In this document: one piece after another, positions 28,201 through 42,498 of the stretch
Layout: each line of letters begins with the position of its first letter
Position numbering within the stretch: position 1 is the stretch's first letter
Program-made: the position numbers and the translations under genes
Notes under the pieces: generated by a model
The model's database searches: none
Told to the model about the DNA's origin: nothing
Seen by the model: only the letters and a program-made list of their open reading frames with translations
Origin: Flaccisagitta enflata
Lineage: Eukaryota
NCBI GenBank assembly: GCA_965153355.1
Contig: OZ231126.1
Location: forward strand, 20,026,001-20,090,000
DNA: 64,000 bases
Direction of reading: 5' to 3'

Positions 28201-29035
28201 CTGAAAAATGTGAAAAGAGTCAAAATTGCCTTTAAAATTGACACTGCAAAATGACCCTTATACCCTTTCATCTTTGAAATGCTCTCAAATCTAAACAAAT
28301 AAAGATAAAAACATGCGGATTGCGCCATTAGTTAGCTCTTGAGCTCTAGTTTTATAATCTCATGGATTTTTTTATCGATTTTTACAGCAAAGTGACCGAA
28401 AATTGAGGCCAAAATGGCCAAATTTACCATAAATGGTTATTTTGACGTACCTTTTGATCTTTGATGTTTTGTAAAATCTAAATGCCAAAACATATTGACA
28501 TGCCGATTGCACCACTAGTTAGCTCTTGAGATACTTTTTTGCTCATGGATTTCAAATATTCTTAAAAAAGGAAGCGGTTCAATTTTGTCCAAATGCAATT
28601 TTTAAGAAAATTGACTTTTTACACCTGCTTTGGCAGTCAATAAAATTGAGGGGCAAATTGATGAAAAGTTTTTACCATCAGCTAGAGCAGCAAAAACTCT
28701 TCAATTTGATCACCAATTTCATGCAAATTGGTCCATTTAAAGCTGAGAAATACTGAAAAATGTGAAAAGAGTCAAAATTGCCTTTAAAATTGACACTGCA
28801 AAATGACCCTCATACCCTTTCATCTTTGAAATGCTCTCAAATCTAAACGAATAAAGATAAAAACATGTGGATTGCGCCACTAGTTAGCTCTTGAGCTCTA
28901 GTTTTATAATCTCATGGATTTTAGGTTCGATTTCTAAGGCAAAGTGGCCCAATTTTGCGACCAAAATGACCTAAATTTGACATTTTTACTACAACCACCA
29001 TCCAGTTCTGATCAAAATATCAAAACTGGAACCTC
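25264..29035. mobile_element. Large foldback element with ~570-bp internal units (nest level 3)
   Basis: Termini GAGGTTCCAGTTTTGATATTTTGATCAGAACTGG / CCAGTTCTGATCAAAATATCAAAACTGGAACCTC; arms of ~1.4 kb; tagagctcaagagctaac recurs about every 570 bp (~25399, 25969, 26539). Confidence 0.9.
27521..27862. mobile_element. TA-targeting MITE (nest level 4)
   Basis: ta|CCGTATTTCTTG ... CAAGAAATACGG|ta; the host ttttgacata|cccttttatc is restored on removal. Confidence 0.9.
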
Positions 29036-30122
29036 TTCAGGGGCTTCAATCTCATTTGACACGAAAAGAACCTATATTACGCAAAAATGAATCAACTTCT
29101 TGGTTTGATTTTTTTTCTCATAAAAGCACTACATATGACGTTTTTTGTGTCCAAATTTCATGGTACTGGGTCAATTAGTTTGAGAGATATCCCATTTTAA
29201 AGTGGAAGATGTCATGATGAGATGGGCGGATTTTTTTGACTTTGAGGTTTTGACCTTTCATCTTCAAACTGCTCTCATTTTTGAACGCTTTGAGCTACAG
29301 ATGTGAGATTGGTCTTGAATGGCAGATAATTTCATCTTGTTTTTGTATATGAGAAAAGAGTCCTTTGAAATCTTATCATATTCAACATTTTTCTTCTTTT
29401 TTGAGAAAAAATAATATTTGTTAGAGTTTTTCTAAGAATTTTGCTAAAATCTTTAAAGTTTTCGCCTATAATTTAAAGTTATATGATAAATCCTGACAAT
29501 TTCAAACTTTGGGGAGTTACAATCTATCGCTTACCTGAAATCAAGCATCTGTGGCTCAAAGCACCTCAAATTTTATATGTTTTCTAAGTCAAAAGTAGCA
29601 AGAAAACAGCATTTTTTGTTGAATTCACTGCCTAACTTCAAATTTTGATTTCTGCCAAACTACAAGACCCAGTCCCATGAAATTTTGATACAAAAAACGT
29701 CATACATAGTGCTTTAATGGGAAAAAAAAATCACATTGAATAATAAATTAGTTTTTGCACAATATAGGTTCTTTTCGTGTCAAATGAGATTGAAGACCCT
29801 GTAAATCACGGAGAAAAGTCATATAGCGAGTAGTTTTCAATAGTATAGACATAGTCTGTTTAAAAAAGCTGCGGGCTGGGGTGTTCAATTGATTTGATGC
29901 AAAAACCATTGGCCCTAATACTATATTGTAAAGCGACTCCAAAATAATTTGTGCATACATTCAGCAATCGGAATTAGTCATAAGTTGTAGCAGGTAAATC
30001 ATCATGTTTGAATAACAGATTTAAGAAATTTCTTTATGAAAGTATGAACAAATGAATTGATTGATAAATGAACAATTAGATGATTGAAACAAAATGAGAT
30101 CAATGATCCATTAATGAAAAAA

Positions 30123-30163
<41 letters not shown>

Positions 30164-31479
30164 TATCCATGAATGAAAAAAAAATGAAGAATGAAAAAAA
30201 GAATAGATGAAAGAAAAAAGTATGGAAGGAAAAACATAAAATGGAGGAAAGAATGGAAGAAAGAAAAAAAGTATGGAAGAGAGAATAGAAAAAAATGGAA
30301 AAAAGAAGGTAAAACACAAAGAAAGAATAAAGAAACAAACTAATAGAAAAAGAATGGAAGAAAAAAAGAATGATGTAGGAAAGAAAGAAAGAATGGAAGA
30401 AAAAAAGAAAGAATGGAAGGAAAAAAGAAAGGAAGAATGGATAAATGGATGGACAAATCAGAGAGGCAATCAAATGAATCAAAGATCGTTCTTGAAGAAA
30501 TTTTATAAAAATTTTACTGTTTGAACAGTCAGTCTGATGTGATAAGAAAGTGCCAGCCGGGCACGCCATCAGCAAAACAAGCGTGCCCGACAGTAAAACA
30601 GAGTGTCTCGGGCACGCGGGCACGCTCTGAATTAAGGCCTGTTTATAAGGTAAACTTTTATCAGATGCCTGTCTTTCTATAGCCATCCATTGTTTTTTCA
30701 CTCCCCTCCCCGGTTCAATGTGTCGTTCCTTGCTGCCGCAGCCCATAAAGCGTCCGTTGAAGCACTGGACATAGCGGTAAGGGTTGCGTATCGAATTATC
30801 TCTATTCCAGGGAGTGGCAGTAATGGGGCGAAATTCACCGCAGCAACTATAAGGTTCTTTGTCATATCCCCATATCTATTAAAGGAAAGAAGAATGGTCG
30901 CAGAAGCGCGAGATGGTCAGCGGTACCCGATGCCCCTAGGTTAGTATAAACGTGGAGATAAGATAGGGAGGGCTGGGGGTAGGGCCCCAAGGCTGGAATT
31001 TGGGCCTTGAGACTGTGATTTTGGCCTTTGGGCTGGGATATGGATTTTGGGGCTGGAATTGCCTTGAGATTGGAACATGGGCTTTGAGGCTGGGAATTGG
31101 GTTTCAACGCTGGGATTAGGGTCTCGAGACTGGGATTTGAGTCTTTAGGTGGGGGAAGGACATAGAAGAAAGGGACAAATTTCTACTTCTACCACCAAAA
31201 ACCACCTGGCGGGTTTTTCAGCGGATGGTGCACATTAAATGCTCTCAAGACTAATGGCAAGCTCCCTTTCCACTGTGAAATATGGCTGACGGACCAATGA
31301 ATCGAGAGACCGATCAACGGACAAACATAGTGAGCTTAAGAGTCGCCTACGCGACTGAAAAAAGCCATTCATTCAAATGAATCAGTTTGCATTTTCCAAT
31401 AAAGGTTCAAACCTTATGGCCGCATTGGTTCGACGTTATTGAGTCTCTGCCTATCGGCGTCGCCTCCGCGCTAGCCAAC

Positions 31480-31700
31480 CGTCCATGCTTCCGTCTATAA
31501 GGGTCTGTATTTGCCCTGGACCATCCATGCTTCCGTCTATATGGATCCGTATTTCCCCTCCCGCCATGCCTCCTTCCATACGGATCCGTGCTTGCCATCC
31601 ATTCATGACTCCATCCATACGGACCCGTGTTTGCCATCCATCCACGACTCCATCCATACGGACCCGTGTTTGCCATCCGTCCATGCCTCCATCCATTCAT
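31480..31700. repeat. 39-bp minisatellite
   Basis: cc(a/t)tccatacgga(c/t)ccgtg units at 31572, 31611 and 31650, with degenerate units upstream. Confidence 0.85.
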
Positions 31701-32171
31701 CCACGCGTTTACGTTTACCATCGTCGAAAATGTGACAGTCGTAGTAAATATGAATATGCCTAAAGGGTTTAGGTCGCAAAAGCGATAGATGGTTAGCGGT
31801 ACCCCCCCCCAAAGGTACCGGTGGCCAGGCGTTCATATTTTGTAAACCTTCCGAGAGGCAAAAATTTCCCCTTGTAAGTTTCCGACACAGATTGTCAATA
31901 GTCAATAGTCTTGCAGTAACCTCATGTGAGAACTTACCACTGGGAAGCAGTTTCAAAATGACAAACTAAACATACATGAACTCTTTTAACCCATATTGGC
32001 CATGCTTGGTACAGATCCAATCATTTGTAAAATAGATTTGAACCCATCAAAAAAACAAAAAACAATTTAGACATACATCAATTTGTCTCTCTTTCTTCCT
32101 TTCTTTCATTCTTTCTTTCTTTTTTTTTCTTTTTCTTTCTTTTTTTCTTTCCTCCTTTTTTTTCAGTTTCC

Positions 32172-32719
32172 TTTTTTGGGCAGCGGCCCCAAAGGGCCGA
32201 TGTCCTGTAGGACACAGGGGGGGATTTCCAGACGTCCGTCCTTCCGTCCGTCCTTCCGTCCGTCCTTCCGTCCCCCCCCCCTGAGGACCACCAAGGACCC
32301 AAACCAGCATTCTCAGGCTTGTTTTTTGCCCTCCATGCCCTGAAATAAGCCCTGTCAGACCTTGATATAGCTCTCCAGGCTTCAAATGCACCTTAAATCT
32401 GTCCTCTAGGCCTCAAATCTGCCCCCCCCGACCTCAAATCTGCCCTCAAGGCCTCAAATTAGCCCTCCAGGCCTCAACTCTGCCCTGCAGATCTCAAATC
32501 TTCCCTCATGACCTCAAATCTGCCCCAAGACCTCTTTTCAGCCCTCCAGGCCTCAAATCAGCCATCTGTATCTCAGGATGTCTGGAAATTCCCCCCTGTG
32601 TCCTACAGGACATTGGCCCTTTGGGGCCGCTGCCCTGCTCTCTTTCCACTTCTTCACTTGATCACTCCAAGCAGGGCATCGGGTACCGCTGACCATGTGC
32701 GATCCTTGGATGACTAGTT
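32172..32719 (+). mobile_element. Helentron/DINE-like family 1, full-length copy
   Basis: ttttttgggcagcggccccaaagggccgatgtcctgtaggacac...(CCGT)n...21-bp units...inverted copy...gccctgct/agcagggc hairpin...ccttggatgactagtt. A closely similar inverted copy lies at 58356-58961. Confidence 0.8.
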
Positions 32720-32935
32720 CCTTTTCTTCTTCCCCTCTCTCCTTCTTTCTTTCTTTTGCCTTTTTCTTTCTTTTGCCTTTTTCTTCTTGTTTTTCTTCCT
32801 CTTTCCTCTTTCTCTACTGAGATCTTCCGACACATATCTTCCCTTTCCGAGAAGCGGCGCTTCCCGCTTCTACAAAATATGAACGCCTGCCGGTGGCCTA
32901 TGCTTGGGCTGATGGGGAATCATGAAGAAGTTATA

Positions 32936-34287
32936 CAGAGTGTACCAAGTCAGTTGTAATATGAAGAATCGATGTATCTCAGCGTTTAGAGCAGATAATC
33001 CAATTCTGATAAATGTTTTGAGTAACTACTGATATGCGATTTTTGCCTTACTAAAGAAAATATTGAGTGAATATACATTGTCATGAAAACAAGCTCGACA
33101 GGGATACGATGCGTCCAGACTGTGTCTCTGCGTGTATTGATCATGTGATATATATCGAGACATGGATGGACGAAGAGACAGGTGAAACGACTGAGTAGTA
33201 AAGGAAGCTCTCAAAACATGTTTGTTGATCATAGGATCTCACCGTGGTCATAAACAGCCGAAAAACGCGGTTTTTGCATAGGCGTAATGAACCGACAGAT
33301 GGATGTATGGACGGACGGACGGACGGACAGACAGATGGACGGACGGACGGACGGAAGGATGGATGGATAGACGGATGGATGGATGGATGGACAGATGGAT
33401 GGATGGAAGGACCGAAGGACAGACGGACGGACGGATAAGTTGGACTAACAGGTGGACGAACCCTCTTTTAGAGGTCTGCTCCTAAGGGACGCATCTAAAA
33501 ATGCATGTAACCATGTGCTTTTTAGTCGTGGACATGTGACTCTACACCTTGCCGTGTTCATTGGTCCATCTGTCCGTCCATCCATCGGTCTGTCTGTCCA
33601 TGCGTCACATTGCTGATCATTTCAATTTTCATGAGACAATCATTTTTTTCATTCTAAATTCTAACATATTGGACCGAAAAACATGGAGCAGGACTCTTAA
33701 AGATTGTTAGTTGTAGTTTAAAGAATCATGAATTGGAAAATCGATTTTTTTTCTAAATGAGATGATTTAAAGAAAATAGAGTACAAAAAACCCTACGATA
33801 ACAAAGATATTTTTGTGAAGGTTCAAAAACTATGGCAAAAAATCTTCAATCTTGGACCAATCTCTGCTGAGTAGCTCAATTTGTTTAGGGTCAAAAAGAA
33901 ACACGGCTACCCCAGTCGCATGTGGGCAGGGGCCATATTTGAGGTCACTAGAGCATTTGGGCAAGAGCAGTACGGTCAAAGAATAAAAAACATAAGAAAA
34001 ATAAAGTGTGACCAACCAACCAACCAACCAACCAACCAACCAATGGACAAAGTGAGGTGTAGATTTGCGTAGCACTCGACTAAAAATAATAAAATCTCTA
34101 ATTTGAAAAATGATTAAATTTCTACAATTCATTACTATGTGAAGATGTTAAGTAGTTGATGAATTTTCTTCGGATGACCAAAATCGCACTTCAATGGCTC
34201 TTAATATTTTTTTTCAAAATTGGATTATCTGTTCTAGAAGCTGAGATACATTGATCATTAATGTTAGAACTGACTTGGTACACCCTG
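32936..34287. mobile_element. Tc1/mariner-type non-autonomous element with nested short repeats
   Basis: ta|CAGAGTGTACCAAGTCAGTT ... AACTGACTTGGTACACCCTG|ta. Confidence 0.8.
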
Positions 34288-34959
34288 TAGGCCTTTTACT
34301 TTGAAAGGCCTTTAATTTTGAAATAATCGCCTTTGGACAATAATTTGGGGCTTAAGTTTTGGATTTGGGCCCCAAGGCTAGGAGTTTGGCCTAAAGACTT
34401 AAAGTTGCACCTCAAGGCTGGGATATACGCCTTAAGGCAAGGATTTTGGCTTTTAGTTAAGACTGGGATTGATCTTGGAGGCTGAAAATTGAACCTTTTG
34501 GGGAAGAACTACAAAGAAGAAGAAGAAGAAAAAGATGATAAGGAGAAGAAAAAGAAAAAAAAAAAAAAACAAGTGACGCGGGGTCACAATATCGTTGCGG
34601 ACGGGTGGGCAGGGGCATCCAACCCCTAGCCACACCCCAACCCACCGCCAACACTCCAACATACATTAAAAGTATCAAAAATGCTCGTTTTCCCACTTTT
34701 CAACTCGATGACCACGGATCAGCGGACCAACGGACGGACCAACGGACGGACCAACGGATGGACAAAGCCTTTTATAGAGTTGCGTGTCCGCAACTAAAAA
34801 GAAAAAGAAAAAGAAAAAGAAAAAGGAAATTCCCCACATGCGAAAGCCTAAGTCATTGGCCCAAAAACAGTGGATTATAGGCGCATAGGACACAGAAGAA
34901 AACAAGAACAGGTTATCACAAAATTGCGCATCTTTGTAAAAGCAGACAGACAGACAGAC

Positions 34960-35285
34960 GGAATGAATGAAAGAATGAATGAATGAATGAATGAATGAAT
35001 GAATGAATGAATAAATTAATGGATGGATGAATGAATGAATGAATGAATGAATGAATGAATGAATGAATGAATGAATGAATGAATGAATGAAGGATTGAAC
35101 GAATGAATGAAGGATTGAACGAATGAATGAATTAAAGAATGAGTGAATCAATGAATGAATTAATGAATGAATCACTGAATGAATCAATCAACATATGAAT
35201 CAATGATTCAATTAATGCGTAAACGAATGAATGAATGTATGAGTGTATAAATGAATAAGTGAATGAATGGATGAATGAATTCATG
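34960..35285. repeat. (GAAT)n microsatellite; others at ~8483-8560, 12035-12160, 40955-41115 and 42563-42760
   Basis: Tetranucleotide runs producing the HSFI-type ORFs. Confidence 0.9.
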
Positions 35286-36795
35286 AAGGAATAATTGAAA
35301 TAACAGTAACGAGGAAGAAAAATGCGACTGAGGAATTTACGTGGTCTTAACAGTAGCGCCGGGTGGACAGACTGACGGACTAATGGACCAACTGCTGGAT
35401 GGACATCGGTCACATGACTTTGAGGTCGTATCAAAGAAATCTTGAAAACTAGAAAATGGAGCTCGATTTTTGAGGAGTACTAATGGATGGATGCCCGATT
35501 AGCATGGTACTGAAATGAATTACTGAATCTCTGGCTCAAGTAGTGAACATTACAAAACTTACCCCGACTCTGGGCCAAAGCGATCGAGGAGACAGCCATC
35601 AAATAGAGTGCAGATCCTAGCATTCGCTGATTGAATGCTCTCTCCATTTCAATAATTTTGGATTCCTGTTTTCCAAAGATCGGGGAAAAAGAGTGAATTT
35701 TCCCTTTATTTTATACATTTCCACCAGATACGAGGCATCCTCGAAACTCTATCAACCAGTTGGTATCTCTGTACCAAAAATCAACTTTTTAGTTGCCGAC
35801 ACGCGACTCTACATCTTGCCGTGTCGGTTGGTCCGTCGGTCTGTCCGTCCGTCAGTCTGTCCAAAACATTTTTGTTTTTTTTTCGGGCGGTTTTTGCTAT
35901 ACTGCTCCTGCCCAACCGTCCGCGAATGAATCGCCGTGTATCCGGCCCTGTTTGGTTGGTGGTTCCATTCATCCATAGTCGACCCTGACTCAATGTTTTT
36001 AGGGATAAGATAGGCGGAGGGGCAGCAGCCCCAAAGGGACCGATGCAATGTTCTATGCTAGAAAACAGAATGTCATTGATTAAAAAATTAAAGTTTCTGT
36101 CACATGATTTTTTTGTCATCAGATTACAAAAAAAAAAAAAAAAAAAACTTTGTCGTTGCCCTGCATCTCCTTCCCACCTGGCTGTCATTTTTAAGTCGCG
36201 TGTACGCGACTCTACAACCCGCTTTGTCGGTCGGCTGGTCGGTCGGTTGGTTGGTCTATCGGTCACATTTTAGTTTTTTTTATGATTTTAATTTTTTGAC
36301 CTTACTGCTCCTGCCCAAGTGGACTAGTGACCTCAAATATGGACTCTGCCCACCCGCACTCGACTTCGGTAACTGTGTATACGGTCTTGTTTTTTCTATT
36401 TCCTCTATCTACCTAGTTATATGTGCCTTACGCTGTTGAATATCTAGCCTTTTTTGGGGGGGAGGGGGGAGAGGAGGATTCTTTTCCTTCCCAAATCCTT
36501 TCTAATTTGCCAAAAAAGCTATAAATCAGGTTTATTGTAATTGAAAATGGTCCCTTATGATTGAAAACAGATCTCAATCATTTTTACGAAATATAATTCA
36601 AATTTTATGCCAACAATTTCAACAGGTCGACTCATACGCGGACATCGTGATCTTGCATTGCGAAAAAGACATAAAACTTGTGTTGAACTTATGATCAATA
36701 AAATGAAATTGAATTTTTCTTCAGAATATGTCTCTGAATACCTGAATTGCCATTCTTTGTCTCTTTTTTTTCCACAGTTACGCGTTGATGATGTA

Positions 36796-37782
36796 CAGTA
36801 TGTTTCATCTCAACTGGAACAAAAGATGACGGCGTCATTCAAAAACGAAAAAAGATAATCAAATTCTGAAAAAAGTTCCTGAAACTGCATGTTTTGGCAT
36901 TTGTTCATGCTAATTTTCAGCCTATTTTCAGTCAATTATGTAAGCTTCTATCTCAATTTGAAGCGAGACTGTCATTTTTCTCTTGCTTCTTTTTTCCCTT
37001 CGAATTTCAAGCAATCATCATCAACATGTTTGTCAGTGTTTAACATCCAAGCAGTGAGAAAAACATAGCAAAATCTTGATCATTTTGAAGCTCTGTTAAA
37101 GATCTTTCAAATGAGCCCATGCTGGTTGTCCTGGCTTCATCCGTTTAGAAATGGCATTAAGATGAAAACAGGATGTCAGGATTTTGAAAACTCATTAGAG
37201 GATTTTCATGTTTTTACTTGTCATATTGTAGAGATCAAAGGCATTAAGTTTAGTACTTGTTCTCAACGCCATATTAAAGAAAATTAGAAGCCGTTCAATT
37301 TGCTCATGGATATCAAGTAGCTTTGAAAACCTTGTGTTGCATCATAAAGAAATATGTAACAATCAAACTTGTGCATTGAATAAACAAACAAATTTGCACT
37401 TTTTTTAATCTGCAATGTTTTGCTTCAAACCCATGCCATTTCTAAACGAACAAAGCTACAGTAACCAGCAACGTCGCAGTTGAAAGATTTTTTGCAGAGC
37501 TTTCAATTGGTCATGAATTTTCTGTAGATCAGGCCCATGTGAAAACAGAAACTAGCAAAACAAGTTGTCGGGTTTTTTTTTGGCCTTGGTTGAGATGATA
37601 TGAAATGATAGGATCACTTCAAATTGAGATAGAGGCTTAACTGTCAGACATGGAAGGCTGAAACTTGGCATGAACAAATGCCAAAACATGCAGTTTCAGG
37701 AACTTTTTTCAGAATTTAATTATCTTTTTTCGTTTTTGAATGACGCCGTCATCTTTCTTTCCAGTCGAGATTAAACATATTG
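36796..37782. mobile_element. Palindromic TA-flanked MITE
   Basis: ta|cagtatgtttcatctcaactggaa...gatgacggcgtcattcaaaaacg mirrored at 37665-37782, ending catattg|ta. Confidence 0.85.
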
Positions 37783-38141
37783 TACATTGTACAGGGAATT
37801 TCTAAATTTTAAGGATTTGACTGCTGGCGGGGATTTTTTAAGGCTCTAAACCTAATAACAATGTTAAGGTCAGGAATATTGTAATATATGTAAAGATATA
37901 TCCTTAAATGTATTTCACACCTGATGCCATGGATGGTTAGTCGGTATCGATACAGTTACAACCCACTATAAGACACAGAGCCAGATCTGACGACCAGTTT
38001 CCATTCACCTCTTTCTATGAGCTGTTGCAATTTTTTTTACCCATTTGAGTGTGGTCATGTATCATATGTAGAATGGGCACAATTTAGGCATTAAATGAAA
38101 CATCATTTCCTGGAACTTTTTTTTCCAACTACGTGTTAAGA

Positions 38142-38324
38142 GCCTAATATCCTTGGAAAATCGATTTGGACTTGTTCTAGGCACTCCGTCATCAATTCTG
38201 TAGTTGTATAGAATTGATTGCTTGAGTTATGGGAGAATTTCCTCCATATTGATTCTATACAACTACAGCATTGATGACTGAGTGCTTAGATCAAGTCCAA
38301 ATCGATTTTCCAATAAGATAAGGC
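38142..38324. mobile_element. Short palindromic MITE
   Basis: ttggaaaatcgatttggacttg...gtagttgtatagaat / attctatacaactac...caagtccaaatcgattttccaa. Confidence 0.75.
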
Positions 38325-38327
38325 TTT

Positions 38328-39155
<828 letters not shown>

Positions 39156-39703
39156 CAGTAGATCTCGTCTAGACTTGAGATAACGGGGGCCAGCATTGTG
39201 GAAAAACAAAGGCAGGGGAGCGATATTTGGATCATAGACTAATAAAAGGATGCTTAATTCCCCATGATAGCTGGTTGCCATGGAAACACATTTCCATGTA
39301 TTCTCGCAAAAGTATCAATATTTTGAGAGATTTTTTAGGGAATATTGCTTAAAATACAGTTTGTTACAACTTTCCCACAGTATGTTCTGTAAGAATGTCG
39401 CTTGTTTGGCTATTGCTAGGGAGCGTATCCATGTGTGACAACCCCTAGCAACCGCTAAATGAGTGACATTCTTACAGAACATACTATGTGAAAGTTGTAG
39501 CAAATTTTATTTTAAGCAATGTTCCCTAAAAAAATATTGATACTTTAGCGAGAATACATGGAAATGTGTTTCCATGGCAACCAGCTATCATGGGCAATAA
39601 AGCATCCCGTTATTAGTCTATGTTTGAAATATCACTCCTCTGGCTTCATTTGTTTTCCTTCAATGCTTGCCCCCGTCATCTCAAGTCTAGGCGAGACCTA
39701 CTG
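39156..39703. mobile_element. Near-fully palindromic TA-flanked MITE
   Basis: ta|CAGTAGATCTCGTCTAGACTTGAGAT ... ATCTCAAGTCTAGGCGAGACCTACTG|ta. Confidence 0.88.
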
Positions 39704-41475
39704 TACGCAAATGGAAAATGAAAAGTGCTTGGCAATGTATAATGTTTCATTCCAATGCACAAATTGAGCGGTCTCTAATATGTATGCTATCTCGTACCGC
39801 GATGCCCAAAAATGAGTTCCGGGCCAATGCCGAGTAATGACGTTTTACGGGTCACAATTATTGAGAAAATGGCCATATCTGAATGAAATTGAGTTCTCTT
39901 GCCTATTTGATCAGCGGGACTGATGAAATTCTTCCTCAAAACCAACACTTCTGGTATGAAAAGTGGAACAATATCCCCCACTGTACCCAAACTGAATCAA
40001 ATGGAAGAGGGATGGAACTTTTAGCTAATTCTAGGGTTTTTTTCACTACAAAACTTATCTGGAGGCTTTTAGCCTAAATGTATGCTCATAAATTAGTTAC
40101 GTAATGAAGATGTCAAGATGACCATTAGATATCAATCATTACTATTTCTTTTGTATCATTACATTATTTAGCTATCCAATATTCATTGAGTGGAGATTTT
40201 TGAGTGGAAATAGTGTTGTTACGTGGCAGAGGGTATTATAGCTCGGTTTTTGCCATGGGGAAGCTCTTTAGACATGCTAAATCGGTTTTCGATGGGAGAT
40301 ATCTAGATCATCACTGCTTATTACATTTTCGAAAATATTATTTCCGCTTTTGAGAATTGTAAATCTCAAAAATACAAAATACGCATTTTTGAGAACATAG
40401 CGGCCTTTGTATCATAAATGGCTAGCCCGCTATATTGTTGTGTTTTTTTTTTTTCATTTTCTATGCAAATTTATGATTCTCAGTGAATCAATTATAGCAC
40501 CTTTTTTCATCATTTTTCTCTGATTTCGTATTGAGTAGACGTAGCTCGTAACACAAACAACAAACGCACTATGATGAGATTTAGTTGCGTGCTGGTGGGC
40601 AGGGGCAGTAGCAAGGCCAGAGGTTAGCCAAATACAAATCGCTGTTGATTGGGCAGGGGCAGTAATATGCTTTGACAGAGACTAAAAGTACATATATCAT
40701 AATAGTTTATAATTTTCCAAAACAAAAATACATCGCTTCCCCAGAAATGCAAATGTGCTAGCGAGCTGGAGCAGTGATGGCAAAGCTCACCAGGGCTTTA
40801 AGGCAGGGTGGGGCAGGGGCACTAGGGTCAAAAATCTCAAGACTTTAGCCAACATGTGAACCTCACTATTTAGAAATACTGTACATGACTGAAAAAGTGA
40901 AACGAATCAATGAATAATCCATAGAATGATTGATGAATGTTAGATTGGAAAAAAGAATGAATGAATGAATGAATGAATGAATGAATGAATGAATGAATGA
41001 ATGAATGAATGAATGAATGAATAAATGAATGAATGAACGAATGAATGAATGAATGAATGAATGAATGAATGAATGAATGAATGAATGCATGAATGAATGA
41101 ATCCATGCATGAATACCTTCGAAGAAGTGGGAACAAACGCAAATAATTAACTCGCCCAAATGGGATCTAGAATCAAATGCGCGCAAGGCTCTATGGCTAC
41201 AATTTCAGCGGAGATTTGGGCATCAGGTCTGTGATTTGAGCCTTGGCCTTGAGGCTGATATTTCTTTCTTTTTCAGCCCTTCTTCGAATTTACCCAATGA
41301 TTTTATTATCACACCTTTTTTAGTCGCGGATTTGTGATACTAGAAAAGGATTTGTCCATCTGTCTGTCCGTCATTCTCCTGTAGGTGCATCACGCTCCAG
41401 TTGAAAAATATGAAAACGCGCATTTAATATGCCGCAGGAATGATTTGTGTGTGTGTAGATCTGTGTGTGTGTAGA

Positions 41476-41596
<121 letters not shown>

Positions 41597-41653
41597 GCTT
41601 ACATGTACATGACGATATTGTTATTCCGTGTGACTTGACGTTTCCTTCTTTTA

Positions 41654-42498
41654 CAGGGTGTTTCACGCGTTTTGAAGTATTCTAAAACGACGTATCTCTG
41701 CTTTTAGTAATCTTTTCAAACTTTTGAAAAAAGATTTAAAAAGATCTTGATCTGCAGTTTTTGCATGCAAAATTTCATGCTGTTGGGATAATTTCTGCAG
41801 CCATCATATGGTTTTGAAGTCTGTATGTGCTTTTAGAATAACAGTTGCAAAAATTTAAAAAAAGACGCTCAGTTTTTCCTTATAGATGGGAAAACATGTA
41901 TACATAATACCTAAAATCCATGAGCATTTTAAAGAGCAGTTTTTGTTATAAAGATTCTGCAGAATGAAGCAATCAAATAAATGGGACAAAATTCATGGTA
42001 AAAATGAAGTATTTTGAATTTTCTACAAGATGGAACCTAGCAGAATTCATGATTCCAGTTCATTTGGAAGCTACATTAATTCAAAGTTGGTTTGTCCAAA
42101 ATAATGGGAACCAGATTTGAAATTTTTGTTGCTGTTATCTTTGAATTATCATAACTTCTAAATTATTAAAGCTAGAAAGTTTTAAGACCACTCAAATAAA
42201 AGAGTTTTCAAAATTCTTCAAAACCAACATGGATTTTAATCATTTGTCTGTTTTAGTTATTGAACAATCCTTGATCAAAGGATTGCGTCCCCTTTTTTTT
42301 TGCCACTGTCATACTCTAAAACCACTTATAGACTTCAAAACCATTCAATGTCTTCAAAAATCATCCCAACAGCATGAAATTTTGCATGCAAAAACTGCAT
42401 ATCAAGATCTTTTTAGATCTTTTTTCAGAAGCATGAAAAGATCACTAAAAGCAGAGATATGTCGTTTTAGAATATTTCAAAACATGTGAAACTACCTG
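41654..42498. mobile_element. mariner-type non-autonomous element
   Basis: ta|CAGGGTGTTTCAC...TTCTAAAACGAC mirrored by GTCGTTTTAGAA...GTGAAACTACCTG|ta; ~130-bp TIRs. Confidence 0.85.

Larger units (their letters stand above)
25148..29917. mobile_element. Mutator-like non-autonomous element (nest level 2)
   Basis: Long TIRs starting TAGGGCCAATGGTTTTTGCAT; exact 9-bp TSD ATACTATAT at 25139-25147 and 29918-29926. Confidence 0.85.
24995..30641. mobile_element. hAT-like non-autonomous element (outermost of the nest)
   Basis: TIRs CAGGCCTTAATT; exact 8-bp TSD TTTATAAG at 24987-24994 and 30642-30649; subterminal gcgtgcccg/cgggcacg motifs. Confidence 0.85.

Noticed and set aside
25543-28756. Repeated 65-82 aa ORFs ending QIGPFKAEKY
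   Set aside because: Short ORFs inside the foldback's repeated units, with no transposase motifs.
31407-31763. ORFs with 13-aa repeats (MANTGPYGWSRGW)
   Set aside because: Translation of a 39-bp minisatellite open in several frames on both strands; no supporting splice structure.
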